A DNA stretch of 64,000 nt from Selaginella moellendorffii (Eukaryota; Plantae; Lycopodiophyta): assembly GCF_000143415.4 (NCBI RefSeq), contig NW_003314290.1, positions 731,111-795,110 on the forward strand, read 5' to 3'. Position 1 is the first letter of the stretch, and every line of letters begins with the position of its first letter. Below the pieces are notes generated by a model, which saw only the letters and a list, made by a program, of their open reading frames with translations, ran no database searches and was not told the origin of the DNA. This document shows, one piece after another, positions 1 through 12,502 of the stretch. The position numbers and the translations under genes are program-made.

Positions 1-1017
1 CACGTCCGGAACCAAATTCTCGGACACCATCCTCTGGAGGATCCTCTGCGCCTCGTCCAGCTTGTCCGCCTTGCAGAAGCCATTTATGAGCGCGTTGTAA
101 GTCACCACGTCGGGAACAAACCCCCGCTTCACGGCCCCGTCAAAGATCTTAAGCGCCTCGTCAAGCTCGCCGACCTTGCAGAATCCATGGAGGAGAGTGT
201 TGTAAGTTACAACGTCTGGCGAGTATCCGGCCTTGATCATCCTCTCGTATAGCGCCTGGGCATCGCTCATCCTTCCACCATTGCAGAGGCCGCTGAGAAG
301 AGCATTGTAAGTTATCCTGTTCGGCCAGAACCCGTGCTTCCTCATCCCATCGAAGACCGTCTGTGCGTCACCTATCCGGCTTGCTCGGCAAAGCCCGCTG
401 ATATAGATGTTGAAAGTGCTGATATCGCAGAGTCCCTTGACGAGGAGCTGCTCCACAAACCTGTGAGCCTTCTCGATCTTCCCGGACTTTAGCAAGGATC
501 GTAGCAAGATCCCCACGGTGTAAGCGTCCGGCGAGTAGATCCTCACCAGCTTGTCATACACGGTGTGCATGACGTCGTACATCCGGTTGGAGAGAAGCAG
601 CTCGAGCAGCAAGTTGTAAGCGTTGAGGCTCGGTCTGTGACCATTCCTCTCGGCCCACTCGAAGAGATCCAAAGCCACGCTTCCATCCTGTAAGTTCTTG
701 AGAGCTTTGACGAACACGTTGGGACGTAAAGTCCCATTGCCACAGTCGAGGAGGCGATCGAAGTTCCCGAAAGCCGCCTCCTTGAGGACCTCGCTTGGAA
801 CATCGTAGGAGGAGAGGGCTGGGGCTCGGCTACCCGAAGGAGCATCCTCTTCCATCTTGAGGCTTGGAAGCTCTTGGACGGGAAGCTTCACGGCCTCACA
901 CCTCTGGCTTGATGAGCAGGCATTCCTGTGATTGATCCTCCTCCGGCACTGGCGGGCGGGGACCCCTTGCTCCACGCGCCTGCCCAGAAAATGCTTGTGG
1001 CAATCGACAAGCTCCAT
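1..1017 (-). CDS. P-class pentatricopeptide repeat (PPR) protein, 5' part; continues beyond the window start
   Basis: Manual translation gives an open frame from the ATG at 1017 down to base 1. It has tandem 35-aa repeats such as PNRITYNALLSGLCNGGRMSDAQALYERM, PDVVTYNTLLHGFCKVGELDEALKIF and PDVVTYNALINGFCKADKLDEAQRILQRM. It is missing from the ORF track because there is no stop inside the window. Confidence 0.93.
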   Translation of the reverse strand, partial: MELVDCHKHFLGRRVEQGVPARQCRRRINHRNACSSSQRCEAVKLPVQELPSLKMEEDAPSGSRAPALSSYDVPSEVLKEAAFGNFDRLLDCGNGTLRPNVFVKALKNLQDGSVALDLFEWAERNGHRPSLNAYNLLLELLLSNRMYDVMHTVYDKLVRIYSPDAYTVGILLRSLLKSGKIEKAHRFVEQLLVKGLCDISTFNIYISGLCRASRIGDAQTVFDGMRKHGFWPNRITYNALLSGLCNGGRMSDAQALYERMIKAGYSPDVVTYNTLLHGFCKVGELDEALKIFDGAVKRGFVPDVVTYNALINGFCKADKLDEAQRILQRMVSENLVPDV

Positions 1018-2716
1018 AGCTGCCCTATGAAGCTATGGAACTAAAAATCGCGGAAGTGATGCGATCTAATAGAATGCTGCCTAGCATTTATCACCCAGAA
1101 TCTATAAATTACATCCTCGGATTGCAGGATTGCTGCCGGCACGAGCTGCGACGCTGGAATCCACACTTTCAGCCATAAACCCTAAGCCATATCCTGTACC
1201 CCTTTGAAACTCGAATATCCTTAGATATTTTGGGAGATTAGGGCTAGTGTTTAAGGGTTAATAGAATATACCGTTCAAGCCAGGTACATAGATTTTAATT
1301 TAGATAAGTCACCATTTCTTTTTCTTTTATTACATATTAAGATCCTAGAATTCTGGATAATGAAATGTGAGTCTTTATTTTGGATCACTGGCTTCTCAAG
1401 TGATGAAATATGATATTTGGAATATTAGTTAATACTTTTCTTAAAATGCTGGATTATTATCTAAGAGAATCCTCTCCAATAAAAATGTTAAAACACCACT
1501 TAATTGAGGAGGAGATACATAATAAAGGCCTTTTCCATAGTGAATTTGTGGTAAGAAGTATGTCATTATTGCCTCAAATATTTTTCTTTAAAAATATTAA
1601 TAAATTTTTTTTAATAAGTATCATGAAAATCATATTTACATAATATGCATAAATTATTTACCAGAGTCTTCATAAATAACATTTAAAATCATAATAAATT
1701 ATAATTCAATATTTTTAATCTATATTTTAAAAAAATTTCTTGAGAAAACCCTAGGAGAAGAGGTAAATTAGGATTACTAGAAGCAATACTTATTCAAATA
1801 TTAGATGGTCTAAATCCATAACCTGATTAAGCTTATATTAGTATTTTTTTATTTATATAGTGTATAGCCATTGTCGCGAATGTGACTGCAAGTATTGAAA
1901 ATTACTAATTAATTAGTCCTTTTGGATATTCTTTCTTTACTGCCATGATGGTAAAAGATTAGTATTATTAGTTCATTTTTCAGTTTATGCTCAAGCTAAT
2001 TGAGAAACTGGTGATCATGTATATACTTATACCGGATAAATATAAAGTAAGAACTCTTATGTGTTTCTTGTTGAGCATATTCGATCTGGTATAAAAAACT
2101 ATTATGTTAATTTGTATTTGCTAGTGTTAAGAACTCCTATGATATTGAGTTTGATCCCTTAATATTCACTAGATTATAGTTTACTGTGCCTGTCAAACAC
2201 TCTTGCTGTCATGCACCTTATATTAGTTTTATTTGTTTTCAATTGCTATTTATGGAAAGTGTCTAGATTTGCTAATTTGGCATATCTATAAAATATATGA
2301 ATTGTCCTAAATACAATGGTGTTGGTTTTATATCCAAAATTGCAATCCAATGTCATTCCATATTTATTAAGTTTTAAGTTAGTCATAAAGAATAACTCTT
2401 AGTACTAAGAGTGGCTAAAGGTGAAAGCCCAAAGCATGTGTTCTTCAAGAGGGGGGGGGGGGGGGGGGGGGGGTGGCGTTTTTTTCTAAAATTAAAAAAG
2501 GGAAAATGGGGAGGTTAGGCATAACTAACCCACTTAAAAAAAAGGTTAACCCTTGGTTGCAAATTTAACTTTTTTTTGCAATTGGGTTAAGGCCAAACCT
2601 AAGGGCCCCCCCCTCTTAGCTAGGGGGGGACCCCTATTCCTATTTTAGGCCCCCCGGTTACTAAAAAAAAACTAGACCCCCTTTAAATCTTTTTTGGAGG
2701 TTGGTCCTAGCATTTA

Positions 2717-2912
2717 GTGCATATAGTTTTTACCCTGTGTCTTATGGTGATCTACCATAGGATAACTACAAAACGGAACTTAAACCTCTATATGCCATAT
2801 ATCACATGCCACATGCCACATGCCACGTGTCCAAAAGACAGTGGTGCGGAACCCGAGTTTCAAGGCCCTAGGCCATTGAACGAAGGAATGGAGCCAAACT
2901 CTTAAACTTGGA
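2717..2912 (+). repeat. Dispersed repeat; diverged inverted copy at ~8605-8800
   Basis: ...ctctatatgccatatatcacatgccacatgccacatgcc...ggccattgaacgaaggaatggagccaaactc aligns with the reverse complement of 8605-8800. The copy is cut at 2913 by an LTR. Confidence 0.75.
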
Positions 2913-2913
2913 G

Positions 2914-3779
2914 TGTTGGCACTAGAGCACGGAACAACTCCCTAGCGTACAGCATAAGGAGCGAGGGGATAGAAGCACGGAGCAACTTAGAATAGTCTTA
3001 GAATATCCAACATGCTAATGCCAAGACCAGCATGCAAAATGGAGCCAAACGGAGTTTGGTGTTATTTTAGCATACTGGTGGCCTAATGTGAGGACATGGG
3101 TACTCCACTAGCTAACATGGTTTGAAGCTTGGGATTAGACCCAAGCCGGATGTAGAACAAGGACAGGCATGCAAGCAGGAGCTAAACTATACCTCAGGTT
3201 GGTCGACCATGCCTGATTTACCCACTATCCCTACTATACATTTAGAACCCTTCATAGCATTTCTAGGACAAGCTTGAAACTTATTAAATATGGAATGTTC
3301 TTAGATTGAGAATTTGGACATAGGACGAACACCATTATGTTTAGAACAATCTCTACATTCCATAGATATGCTAAATAAGCAAATTTAGACACTTTCTATA
3401 AATAGCATTTTGGACTGAAATGAGACTAACACAAAGGGCATGATAGTGAGGGTGTTTGGCAGACATAATAAACTATCATCTAACAATATTGAGAGACTAG
3501 TCTCAATACGCAAGGGTTTTTGTTAAGCCAATGCAAAATAGAGCAAAAGAGAACTAAGAGCCAAGCTGAGTATGCTCAACTAGAAATACATAGGAGTTCC
3601 TACCTTATGTCTATTTGTCTAAGTATAGGTGTTAAGCCGAGTAAACTAACACTTGAACAAAAGGGGCTGATAAAGGGAATCAGAAATACTGACTTCTTGC
3701 CGTCATAGCAGTAAGGAAAGAGTGTCTGTAAGGACTGGCTGACAGGTAACTTTTGATACCCAAAGTCACATTTACAACA
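2914..3779 (-). mobile_element. 3' LTR (~866 bp) of a minus-strand LTR retrotransposon
   Basis: Termini read TGTTG...CAACA. On the minus strand the LTR is directly preceded by the polypurine tract AAAAGGGGGAGAG (3780-3792). It interrupts the repeat at 2717-2912. Confidence 0.7.
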
Positions 3780-6012
3780 CTCTCCCCCTTTTATGGAAGA
3801 TCAATGTCCTCGTTGATGCATACTCGAGTCTAGACCACCGGCAAGGAAACAACTTTAAAAAAAGTTCACGATGATCACACTATGTGAGAAATGCACCAAC
3901 TTAAATGAGTGAGGGTAACCTTTTTGACTAATGTAGATGCGTTACTAACTTAGACACCTTCCGGCCGTCACTAACAAGGAAATGACCAATGGAGTTAACC
4001 ACTCTTGCTGCTCTAGGTGTCATCCAGCTTACAAAAGTGTGATACACCTCTGCCCCAAGTGACATAGAGAGAGAAGCCATAGGCCCAACCCTTCTGAGCA
4101 AAGAAACCAAACCCATCGGTAAAGTTTAAATAGAGTATGGTAAATAGGCAGTTAGAGTTGTTTACATGGTCACGCCCTTTTTATGGAATAAGGAACATCG
4201 ACAAAGAGGCAGGTGATGTCACCAATTGATAGTAGCTACCCCATGACTAAAAATTTCACCATGCACACAAAGTGCTGAAGCTAATTTGCCTATATTAGCC
4301 CAAACTCAAAGATTAATAGATGGACAATATCACAGTCAAAAACAATGATATCTTAGAGACTTAATTATTAGTGTTCCTATACTCTAATATTAGTTTATCG
4401 AATGATAACTTACTTAGAATACATTTGTGTTCTAATCTAAGATTTATTCCACTAATATGTAAGCGACTAAATTTTCCATTCTACTTTAGTCACTTAACCA
4501 CATCTTCGACCATTTCGAGGAATCTCACTCACAACCTCCATAAGTTCTATTCCGGACTTAGGGTTTGCCATCCCTAAGAATGGCATCCATGCTACTCAAC
4601 TTTTGCACTTGGTCCTAATGCTCCATGTGTTTGATCCCATAGTCAACACCTTAAAGTATCATTGACATATCAACTCGTTACGCTAAAGCCATGCCTATTC
4701 ACCTTGGTCACACCAGTGGTCTAACACCACCTACATCACAGTCCTGTCTCAAAGATTGGGCCATTTGTCCATGAGTGATCATCCTAGATCCACTGTTTAG
4801 CATCCTTAAGAGGCCCACAGACATGGGGAATAACTTTCCCCAATATCCCTTGTTTGGTCCCCACTAAGTCCCTTTCTGTCTATGGCTATGTTCGCCAACA
4901 CCGCCACTGGATCAAGGCCCACAAGCCCGAGCACTAAGTCCTCTTCTTCTTTAGGACTTCCTTGTTATGTGACCACATCCTTGGTCACTACACCAGAGGA
5001 CCACTCATCTTCCTTTCCACCATCTGGGACTCTAGGATAACATTTCGGAACACCATGGCCCTACACGGGCCTTATGGGTATTCTCTTTGCCTTCTGCCTT
5101 TGGGTGCTCTAGCCATGGGCTTAGAGCAAGGTTCTATTGAGCCACACTAGGTATCGAAATAGGTAATGCCACCCACACTTGGACTGGGAGTATTGATCAT
5201 TTGATTTGCCAGGGGAATTAGAGCTAGCTCTTGAACACTTCACCAAGTTACCCCATTTGTCGGTCCGTATTCACTCTAGCTTTGGACTTCCCAGTGGTCA
5301 TCTCATCACCCAACAGTTGGGTATGGCCTTTCTGGGCCAAACTGGCTCCAGTGGGACTCGAACTCAAACTTGGACTCGGTCTCGGTCTTGGTTTCGGACT
5401 CAGACTTGGGCTCGGTCTTAGTCTCAGTCTTGGTCTCAGATTCCATCTCGGACTCCATCTCAGACTCCATCTTGGGTCTATCTCAGACTCCATATTGGAC
5501 TCCATCTCGGGTCCATCTTGGATCCATCTCAAACTCCATCTTGGACTCCATCTCGGGTCCATCTTGGGTCCATCTCGGACTCCATCTTGGACTCCATCTT
5601 AGGTCCATCTCGGACTCCATCTCGGACTTCATCTTGGGTCCATCTCAGACTCCATCTCAGGTCCATTTCAAACTCCATCCTAGACTCCATCTCAGGTCCA
5701 TCTCAGGTCCATCTCGGACTCCATCTCATACTCCATCTATGGTCCATATCGGGTCCATCTCAAACTCCATCTCGGACTCCATCTTGTGTCCATCTTGGGT
5801 TCATCTCGGACTCCATCTCGGGTCCATCTCGGGTCCATCTCAGACTCCATCTCAGACTCTTTCTCAGACACTTTCATGTGTCATGTGTTGGTCCTCTTGT
5901 GTTTGTTTTCTAGAGGCTCACTTATTGCTTACTTCATGCTTGTTCATTGAGCACTTCATTAGGAGTTCCACTCCCGCTCTTGACCTTTCAAGTCGGAGCT
6001 TTTAGTCCAAAT
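3780..6012 (-). mobile_element. Degenerate internal 3' region of the LTR element ending at 2914
   Basis: Lies upstream of the PPT/LTR on the minus strand, has no intact ORF, contains a tandem array, and is interrupted by the solo LTR at 6013. Confidence 0.5.
5350..5870. repeat. Tandem array of 6/12-bp units (GACTCCATCTCG / GGTCCATCTCAG variants)
   Basis: Directly visible repeat. It produces the low-complexity ORFs 5231-6005. Confidence 0.92.
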
Positions 6013-7371
6013 TGTAAGGAACCAACTCCCCGAGGTGTTGTAAGCTAAAGGATCCTCGAAAACATGACCGAAATGATAAAGAATTCATTAGATGGAACTG
6101 AGTCTGAGATCGAGTCCAAGACCGAGTTTGAGACCGAGTTCAAGACCAAGCTTGAGACAGAGTCCGAGATCCGAGATCAGGTCCGAGACCGAGTCCGAGT
6201 TTAAGTCCGAGTTCGAGTCTGAGGTCGGGTCTGAGGTTGAGTCCGAGATTGAGTTCAAGACTGAGTCCGAGGTTAGGTCCGAGATCGAGTTTGAGATCGA
6301 GTCCGAGACCGAGTCCAAGTACTAATACAAGTCAAGGGGTTGAAGCCCAAAGCGTGCGTCTCCCAAGGGGGGGGGAGGGGGGGGGGGGGGAGCATTGTAG
6401 GGGATTCCAAAAGTATAGTAGGGATAATGAGGTCCAAGAATCAGTCTTGAAAGAACTCTCTAGTGGTGCTTCCAAACTGATTTGAGGTTGATACTGAGGC
6501 CGAGGGGCCTTGAGTGGGAGTGAGCATGGACTCGGGTGGTGCCAAAAGGGCCACCCAAGGAAGTGGCCAAAAGCAGCTCCCACTCTCAGAAGGGAAACTG
6601 ACTGTAGTGCTTATGACTCATGTGGAGTTGTGCCCCACTTGAGTGCCTTGCGGCTCATTGGTCCTCACCCTTCCTAGGGGCTTGGGCCTTCCCTTCGGGA
6701 TGGAGGTGGGGGGTGGGGGGTAGAGGGCCGTTAGGCCATGGTGTTTCCCCCTAGCGTCCCGAAGCAAGTGTTACACCCAAGGCTTAGGATTTAGAGGGTC
6801 CTATGATCAAGTCTTATTGTACCAAGGGATGTTAAGAACTTAAAGGTTTGGTGTGCTTGGCTGCTTATGCTTGTGGGGAGTGTAGCCAAACCTTAAATCC
6901 AGTCTAACCTAGAAAGGGGGATTAGGAGAGATTTGGGAATCTGTGGAGGGGGCGGGGGGGGGAAGTAGAGGTACCTATACTAGACCGTTAGGTTAAAGTG
7001 TTTCCCCCCGACATCCTAAAGCAAGTGTTGCACCCAAGGCTTTGGATTTAGAGGGTCCTATGATCAAGTCTTGTTGTACTAAGGGATGTTAAAAACTTGG
7101 AAGCTTAGTGTGCTTGACTGCTTGTGCCTGTGGGGAATGTAGCTGAATTTTAAGTTCAGTCTAACTTGGGGAGGGGGATTGGGAGAGATTTGGGAATCCA
7201 TGGATGGATGGCTAACGCTCTGTTGCTTGTGCAGTGAGTAGTTAAAACTAAGTATAAGCTGGTACAATAGGCAGGTACCTTGGTGAGGGAACTTAGCTAA
7301 AACCAAGGCAGTGCTGGTCGGATAGACAAAGTAAGCTAGCAAATTGGAAAGGAAAAGTTTTGTGGCTTACA
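6013..7371 (+). mobile_element. Solo LTR of the chromovirus family found at 57251-63800, with 5-bp TSD CAAAT
   Basis: Starts TGTAAGGAACCAACTCCCCGAGG and ends TGTGGCTTACA, the same termini as the LTR at 57251-58165. CAAAT is present at 6008-6012 and 7372-7376. It contains a GAGTCCGAGATC array, a poly-G tract and an internal ~240-bp duplication. Confidence 0.93.
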
Positions 7372-7974
7372 CAAATGTATTATGCTCGTTTAGCTTTCAC
7401 TTCAACCACTACCACGTGGCACCCTTTCGGCTCCACTTTGGGGCTTAGGGATTTGTGTCTCACACAAAATCTTCATTTTTGAAAATATAGGATTCATTAT
7501 TTAACAAAATTCAATAGCAAGTATACCATCAATAACACTTGATGATAAAACTTAATTATTAAAGATTTTAGATAACATGCTAGACAACTTACAAAAGATA
7601 ACTCNNNNNNNNNNNNNNNNNNNNNNNNNNNNNNNNNNNNNNNNNNNNNNNNNNNNNNNNNNNNNNNNNNNNNNNNNNNNNNNNNNNNNNNNNNNNNNNN
7701 NNNNATGAACCGCAGACTCACACACGTTACCAAAAAGGAAACAATATCACAATTTATCAGAACTAACTTGAGCAATAATCAACAAATCAGAATGAATATG
7801 GGAAGATCAACAAACACTCATTCATGCTAACTATCATACTAGTTAATTTGAATAAATCTTAGTCAAGAATACAAAGGAACCTAAATTGCTTTTGCGAGCG
7901 TTAATAACATTTTATCGATATCTCAAACTCAAGAGACCAATCCAAAACAAACCACAAGGAATAAGTGGTATCAG

Positions 7975-8465
7975 CGCAAATGGCACGGGTTTGATTCCCA
8001 TTGATTAGTGGCTACTTAAAAATATAATATACCCTTGAGCAAAATATATTCTTACCCCAAAATTTGAAATCATACGTATTAGGCATCCATGTATATGTCC
8101 TTCCTTTTGGTGGAGCATCCATGGACAAAGGTATCCACTGTTAGACTGTAATATGAGTGGATGACTAATTGTCTCACATAGAATAATTAATTTACATAAT
8201 GGAAGGATTGATAGATTTAATATGAAAATGGAGGTGATGGTTCCCCTTGGCTCAATAGAGGTTGTTAGTCAATAGTCAATGAAGATATTGACATCTTTGA
8301 AAGGGGGTGTATTAATTAATAGTTAATAAGGACATTGACATCTCTAAAGGAGGGGTGAGTGTAGTGTATGTGATCATGGGATGAGATTTATATATACTGT
8401 CATCGTAGATCTTTGGAACTTTGGGGGATAAATAGGGATAAAATAGCTATTAAAGGCTCTTTCAA
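7975..8465 (+). repeat. Dispersed AT-rich repeat; inverted homologous modules at ~31960-32430
   Basis: For example, aatataatatacccttgagcaaaatatattcttaccccaaaatttgaaatcatacgtattaggcatccatg matches the reverse complement of 32140-32215. Confidence 0.75.
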
Positions 8466-10658
8466 AAGAGAGATAGGGTGCACTGCAATTAAGATGTTAA
8501 AAGCTCTAAGATTGTTCAAATATCATTTCAGGCTCCTATCCCTTGGCTTCTTGAGTTGAATGATCAAAAGTTACTTTGTGCTTTAGTTTCTTCACTCCTT
8601 GATTGCAAGTTTGGGAGTTTGGTTTTATTCCTTCATTTAGTGGCCCAAAGCCTTTAAACTTGGCATTATCCTTAGATATATGGCATGTGGCACATAGCAT
8701 GTGACATGTGGCATATAGAGAGTTTAGGTTTTGCTTTGTGGTTATCTTATAGTAAATCACTATAGGATAAAGAGTGAAAACCACATACACTACAACCACA
8801 CTTTTCAAGATTTAGCCACACTCTATTTCACAAGATCACAAACCCTAAATACATCAAAAAGTTCTACCTAAAGTTATATTGTAGATGTTTGAGTTTGAAA
8901 AAGTGTTTCTAAAGTTGTTGGAGCACATTTGACATATCATAAACACATGACATCAGTGTGGATTAACAAAATGTTTAAATATATTTATGAAAAATCTTGA
9001 AAACCTTTTAATATTTCATCCATCATATGCTGAAATATAACAAAGGCAAGGACAATGACTAAATGGCATCACCATGAATTCATATAAACCCATTAAAGTT
9101 TAAAGAAATTGTCTTTGCTATATTAATATGGTCTATAAATATTTGCCAATACCCTAATGCCAGGTCCAAGATGGTGAAATAATTATTGTTCTTTAAAATA
9201 TCCATCAAATTATCAACCTAAAGTAAAAATATAAGTAATCAACTATGATATAGTTTAAAGGACAATAGTCAACTATAAAATGTTTCATCCCTTCTAGTTT
9301 AGGAATAAGATATACCTCTATAACCCAAGAACTAAATGACTTGCAAATAACTTCTAAATTAGGCATTTTTTCATGTATTTGCTCATTTGCTCTTTCTCTA
9401 AAGGAGATTAATGTGTAATTGAGATCAGAATGTAATAAAGTTAAAAAAGTTTTAAAAAACTTTATTTTGTGTTTTTAAGTATCTAAATTTTATTTATTTA
9501 TTTTTAAATGATATATTAACATGTTATAATTTATGATTTGGGCATATTTTTGAGCTTAATAGAAGGTATGACATTAGACAAATTGTTTTTTACTCCCATT
9601 TTATTGGTCTACTTTTATGTGTATTAAACATATATTATCCATAACAATAATGTATTTTAAGAGTTAAAATTTTATTCTTAAAGTAATATATATAATGATG
9701 AATGCCTATATTGTTTACAAATAATAGCAGATTAAATGCAATAGTTTATTCATTCTTAAACTTTAAAGTAGATATTTGCTAATAATGTTTTTTGAGGGTT
9801 TTGCAGTGCCCAGCTTGAGCATACAATGGGCAAACTAAAACTCCCTTATATGAACTACTTAAAATAAACTGGTGGAGAATAATAAGAATATCAAGGAGTA
9901 CAACTATAGTTAATATGTTATCTGATATCATTCTTATCTCACTACAACACAAGCATGTGTTATTATACAGGCTATGTGAATTCTAGAGAATTATAAGCAA
10001 TTTTGATAGAACAGTAATAGTTTCAAAGTCTTGTGTGGGTATGCAATTACATCTGTTCTGAATNNNNNNNNNNNNNNNNNNNNNNNNNNNNNNNNNNNNN
10101 NNNNNNNNNNNNNNNNNNNNNNNNNNNNNNNNNNNNNNNNNNNNNNNNNNNNNNNNNNNNNNNCTTATATGAACTACTTAAAATAAACTGGTGGAGAATA
10201 ATAAAGAATTTCAAAGAATACAACTATAGTTAATATGTTACCTGATATCATTCTTATCTCACTGCAACACAAGCATGTATTATTACACAGGCTATGTGAA
10301 TTCTAGAGAATTATAAGCAATTTTGATGGAACAGTAATAGTTTCAAAGTCTTGTGTGGGTATGCAACTACATCTGTTCTGAATCGGAAGATCTATATTTA
10401 AGGAATATACCAAAGAGAATCCATCTAGCCAACGGTCCATGAACCCTAACCAGGTACTTTACTTTTACTCGGAGGAAAAATCCGTCCGTCCATTTTCATC
10501 CAATAGCGACCAAGGTTTTCAATCCACCGGCATTCCCATCAATCGATCGCACTCCCAAGTTTTCCGAGGTAAGAAGCCCAGCGATTCCAAAAGCTCGCGG
10601 TCCCTTGCCCAGCATTTGGGCAACACCCAGGATCACGATCACTGCAAAGAACAGAGCA

Positions 10659-12502
10659 ATGGGGTCACTCGATCGCCACCAGAGAACGGTGCTCCTTCTG
10701 GCTTCCATGCTCGCCATCGCCGCCGCCAAGTCCTTCATTCAGTCTTGCAACTCCGCCTCGCAGTGCTCCTCGCTGGTGGCCTACAGGACCCCGGCGGCGC
10801 AGAGCCTGGGCGCCATCGCCGCGCTCTTCAACATCGACACCGTCTCCCTCCTCGCCGCAAACAACCTCGACTTGCGATCCTCGCTCGACCCGGGCTCTCC
10901 CCAGCTCGTCATCGCGCCGCGCCGGATCGTCAAGGTCCCGATCTCCTGCTCCTGCGTCGATGGCATCTGGCGCGGCAATGCCACCCTCTACAAGTCCCGC
11001 CCCGGCGACACGCTCGCCTCCATCGCCGACGCTCTCTTTGGGAAGCTCGTCACCGCCAAGCAGATTGCGCAAGCGAATGGCATCGCCGCGAACTTTGGTG
11101 GCGCGGTTGCGGCCGGGTCGACGCTGGTGATACCATTCTCGTGTGGATGCGGCGACCCTCTTGCCGGCGGTGGCACCGCGCTGCTCATGTCTTACGTGGT
11201 GCAAGGCGGCGACACGGTTGGCGAGCTTGCCCGGGAGTATGGATCGTTGCCGGGCGATTTCATGGCGCTCAATGGCGTCGCCAATGCGTCGGAGCTCGCG
11301 GCCGGGGACGTGGTTGCGGTTCCTATCCGAGGTAACGTTTGCTCTTCTTCGTGTTCTTCGTGTTCTTATAGCTTCCTTCCATGGTTTTTTTTATTGATCG
11401 TGCGTTGGATTAGCTTGTGGATCGAGTTTCCGTCGCAGCGCCTACGATTTTGGCCTCGTTGTGGCGAATGGAAGCTACATCATCACGGCTGGTCATTGCG
11501 TCCAGTGCAGTTGCTTGCCGAATCTCCAGCAGTAAGATCACGGATCACCATCTTTGTTTGCTTTCTTGCGCATTCAAAACTTTTGCTTTTTCTTCACAGT
11601 TCCTAGAAATATTTTTCTCGCTCTTTTCTTCTATGCATCGAGCAAATATTCGTAGCTATCGTCTTCACAGCCTTTTTTTTTTCTTCATGCATCGTATATC
11701 ATATGCGCGTGCTTTTCCCAAGTTTTCATTGCATCGGCTGCAAAGCTTTCTCGCTTTCGTTTTCGATCACTTCCAATTTTTCTAAAGATTACTAGCTAGC
11801 AAACTTCATTGATCATTTCATCTCATATCATTAGTTTCTCTTTTTCTTTCAGTTGCATCTAGCAAATTTCTTGCGCCTCCTTTCTCGATCACTTTGAAAC
11901 TTTTCGATGATCGCTAATGATACTTCCTCCGCAGAGTGTATTGCACGCCAGCCCCGGGGGTCATCAGTGGATCCTGCCCGGACATGAGATGCCTGGGAAC
12001 GAACCTCACCGTCGGGGCCATGGCCACCGCGGCATCCGTCCAAGGCTGCAACGTTACGTCCTGTCTCTACACCGGCTTCAAGAAAAAAATCATCCTCTCC
12101 AGGTACTCAAGACCTTTCACGCAAAACTCGATCAAAAACTCATTTTTCTCTTTGAATCACAGCTTACAATCGGTAATTCTAAACTCATGTCCAGGTACTA
12201 CGACGTTTTTCATGACTTTTTTCTTGGTTGGCCCTTTGCATTTAAAGCTGATGTTGGATATCTGGAACTTTGTAGCTCCACCACCTCCACCAAGCTATAA
12301 ATCCGCCGGTGGCTCGCTTGCTCTTCCGCCAGCCGCGGCTCCCGGATCCTCAGGCCTTACAACGCCCGGCGTCACCATCCCTGCCAGCGGCAACTCGGCC
12401 TTCGCTCCAGGGCCTTCTACCGCGGCTGCCGCAGGAACTTTCTCGCAAATCCGGTTTGGATCTCTATCTCTCGTCTTGTTGCTGGTGGTTTTGATGATCT
12501 AG
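10659..12502 (+). CDS. LysM-domain GPI-anchored protein (LYM/CEBiP-like), 5 exons
   Basis: N-terminal signal peptide, CxC motifs, LysM repeats (YKSRPGDTLASIADALF; YVVQGGDTVGELAREY), Cys-rich region, Pro/Ser/Ala-rich stalk and hydrophobic C-terminus. GT-AG introns, e.g. 11332-11413 and 11532-11934. Confidence 0.9.

Noticed and set aside
2450-2715. Homopolymer-rich stretch after a poly-G run
   Set aside because: Looks like degraded read quality after a G run, not a biological feature.
5231-6325. Multiple 70-210 aa ORFs and a CRISPR-like periodic appearance
   Set aside because: Products of 6/12-bp tandem repeats with no unique spacers or cas genes; eukaryotic TE context.
2717-8800. Inverted copies at 2717-2912 and 8605-8800 as TIRs of one large DNA transposon
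   Set aside because: The copies are quite diverged, no TSD or defined termini were found, and a gap lies between them; independent insertions are equally likely.
9843-10382. Near-identical ~200-bp direct repeat on both sides of the N gap
   Set aside because: Typical unmerged contig or haplotype overlap across a gap; not evidence of a real duplication.
10439-11335. 298-aa ORF overlapping the LysM gene, and similar long antisense or alternative-frame ORFs over CCX, germin and HLS1
   Set aside because: Shadow ORFs caused by GC-rich codon usage; no recognisable domains.
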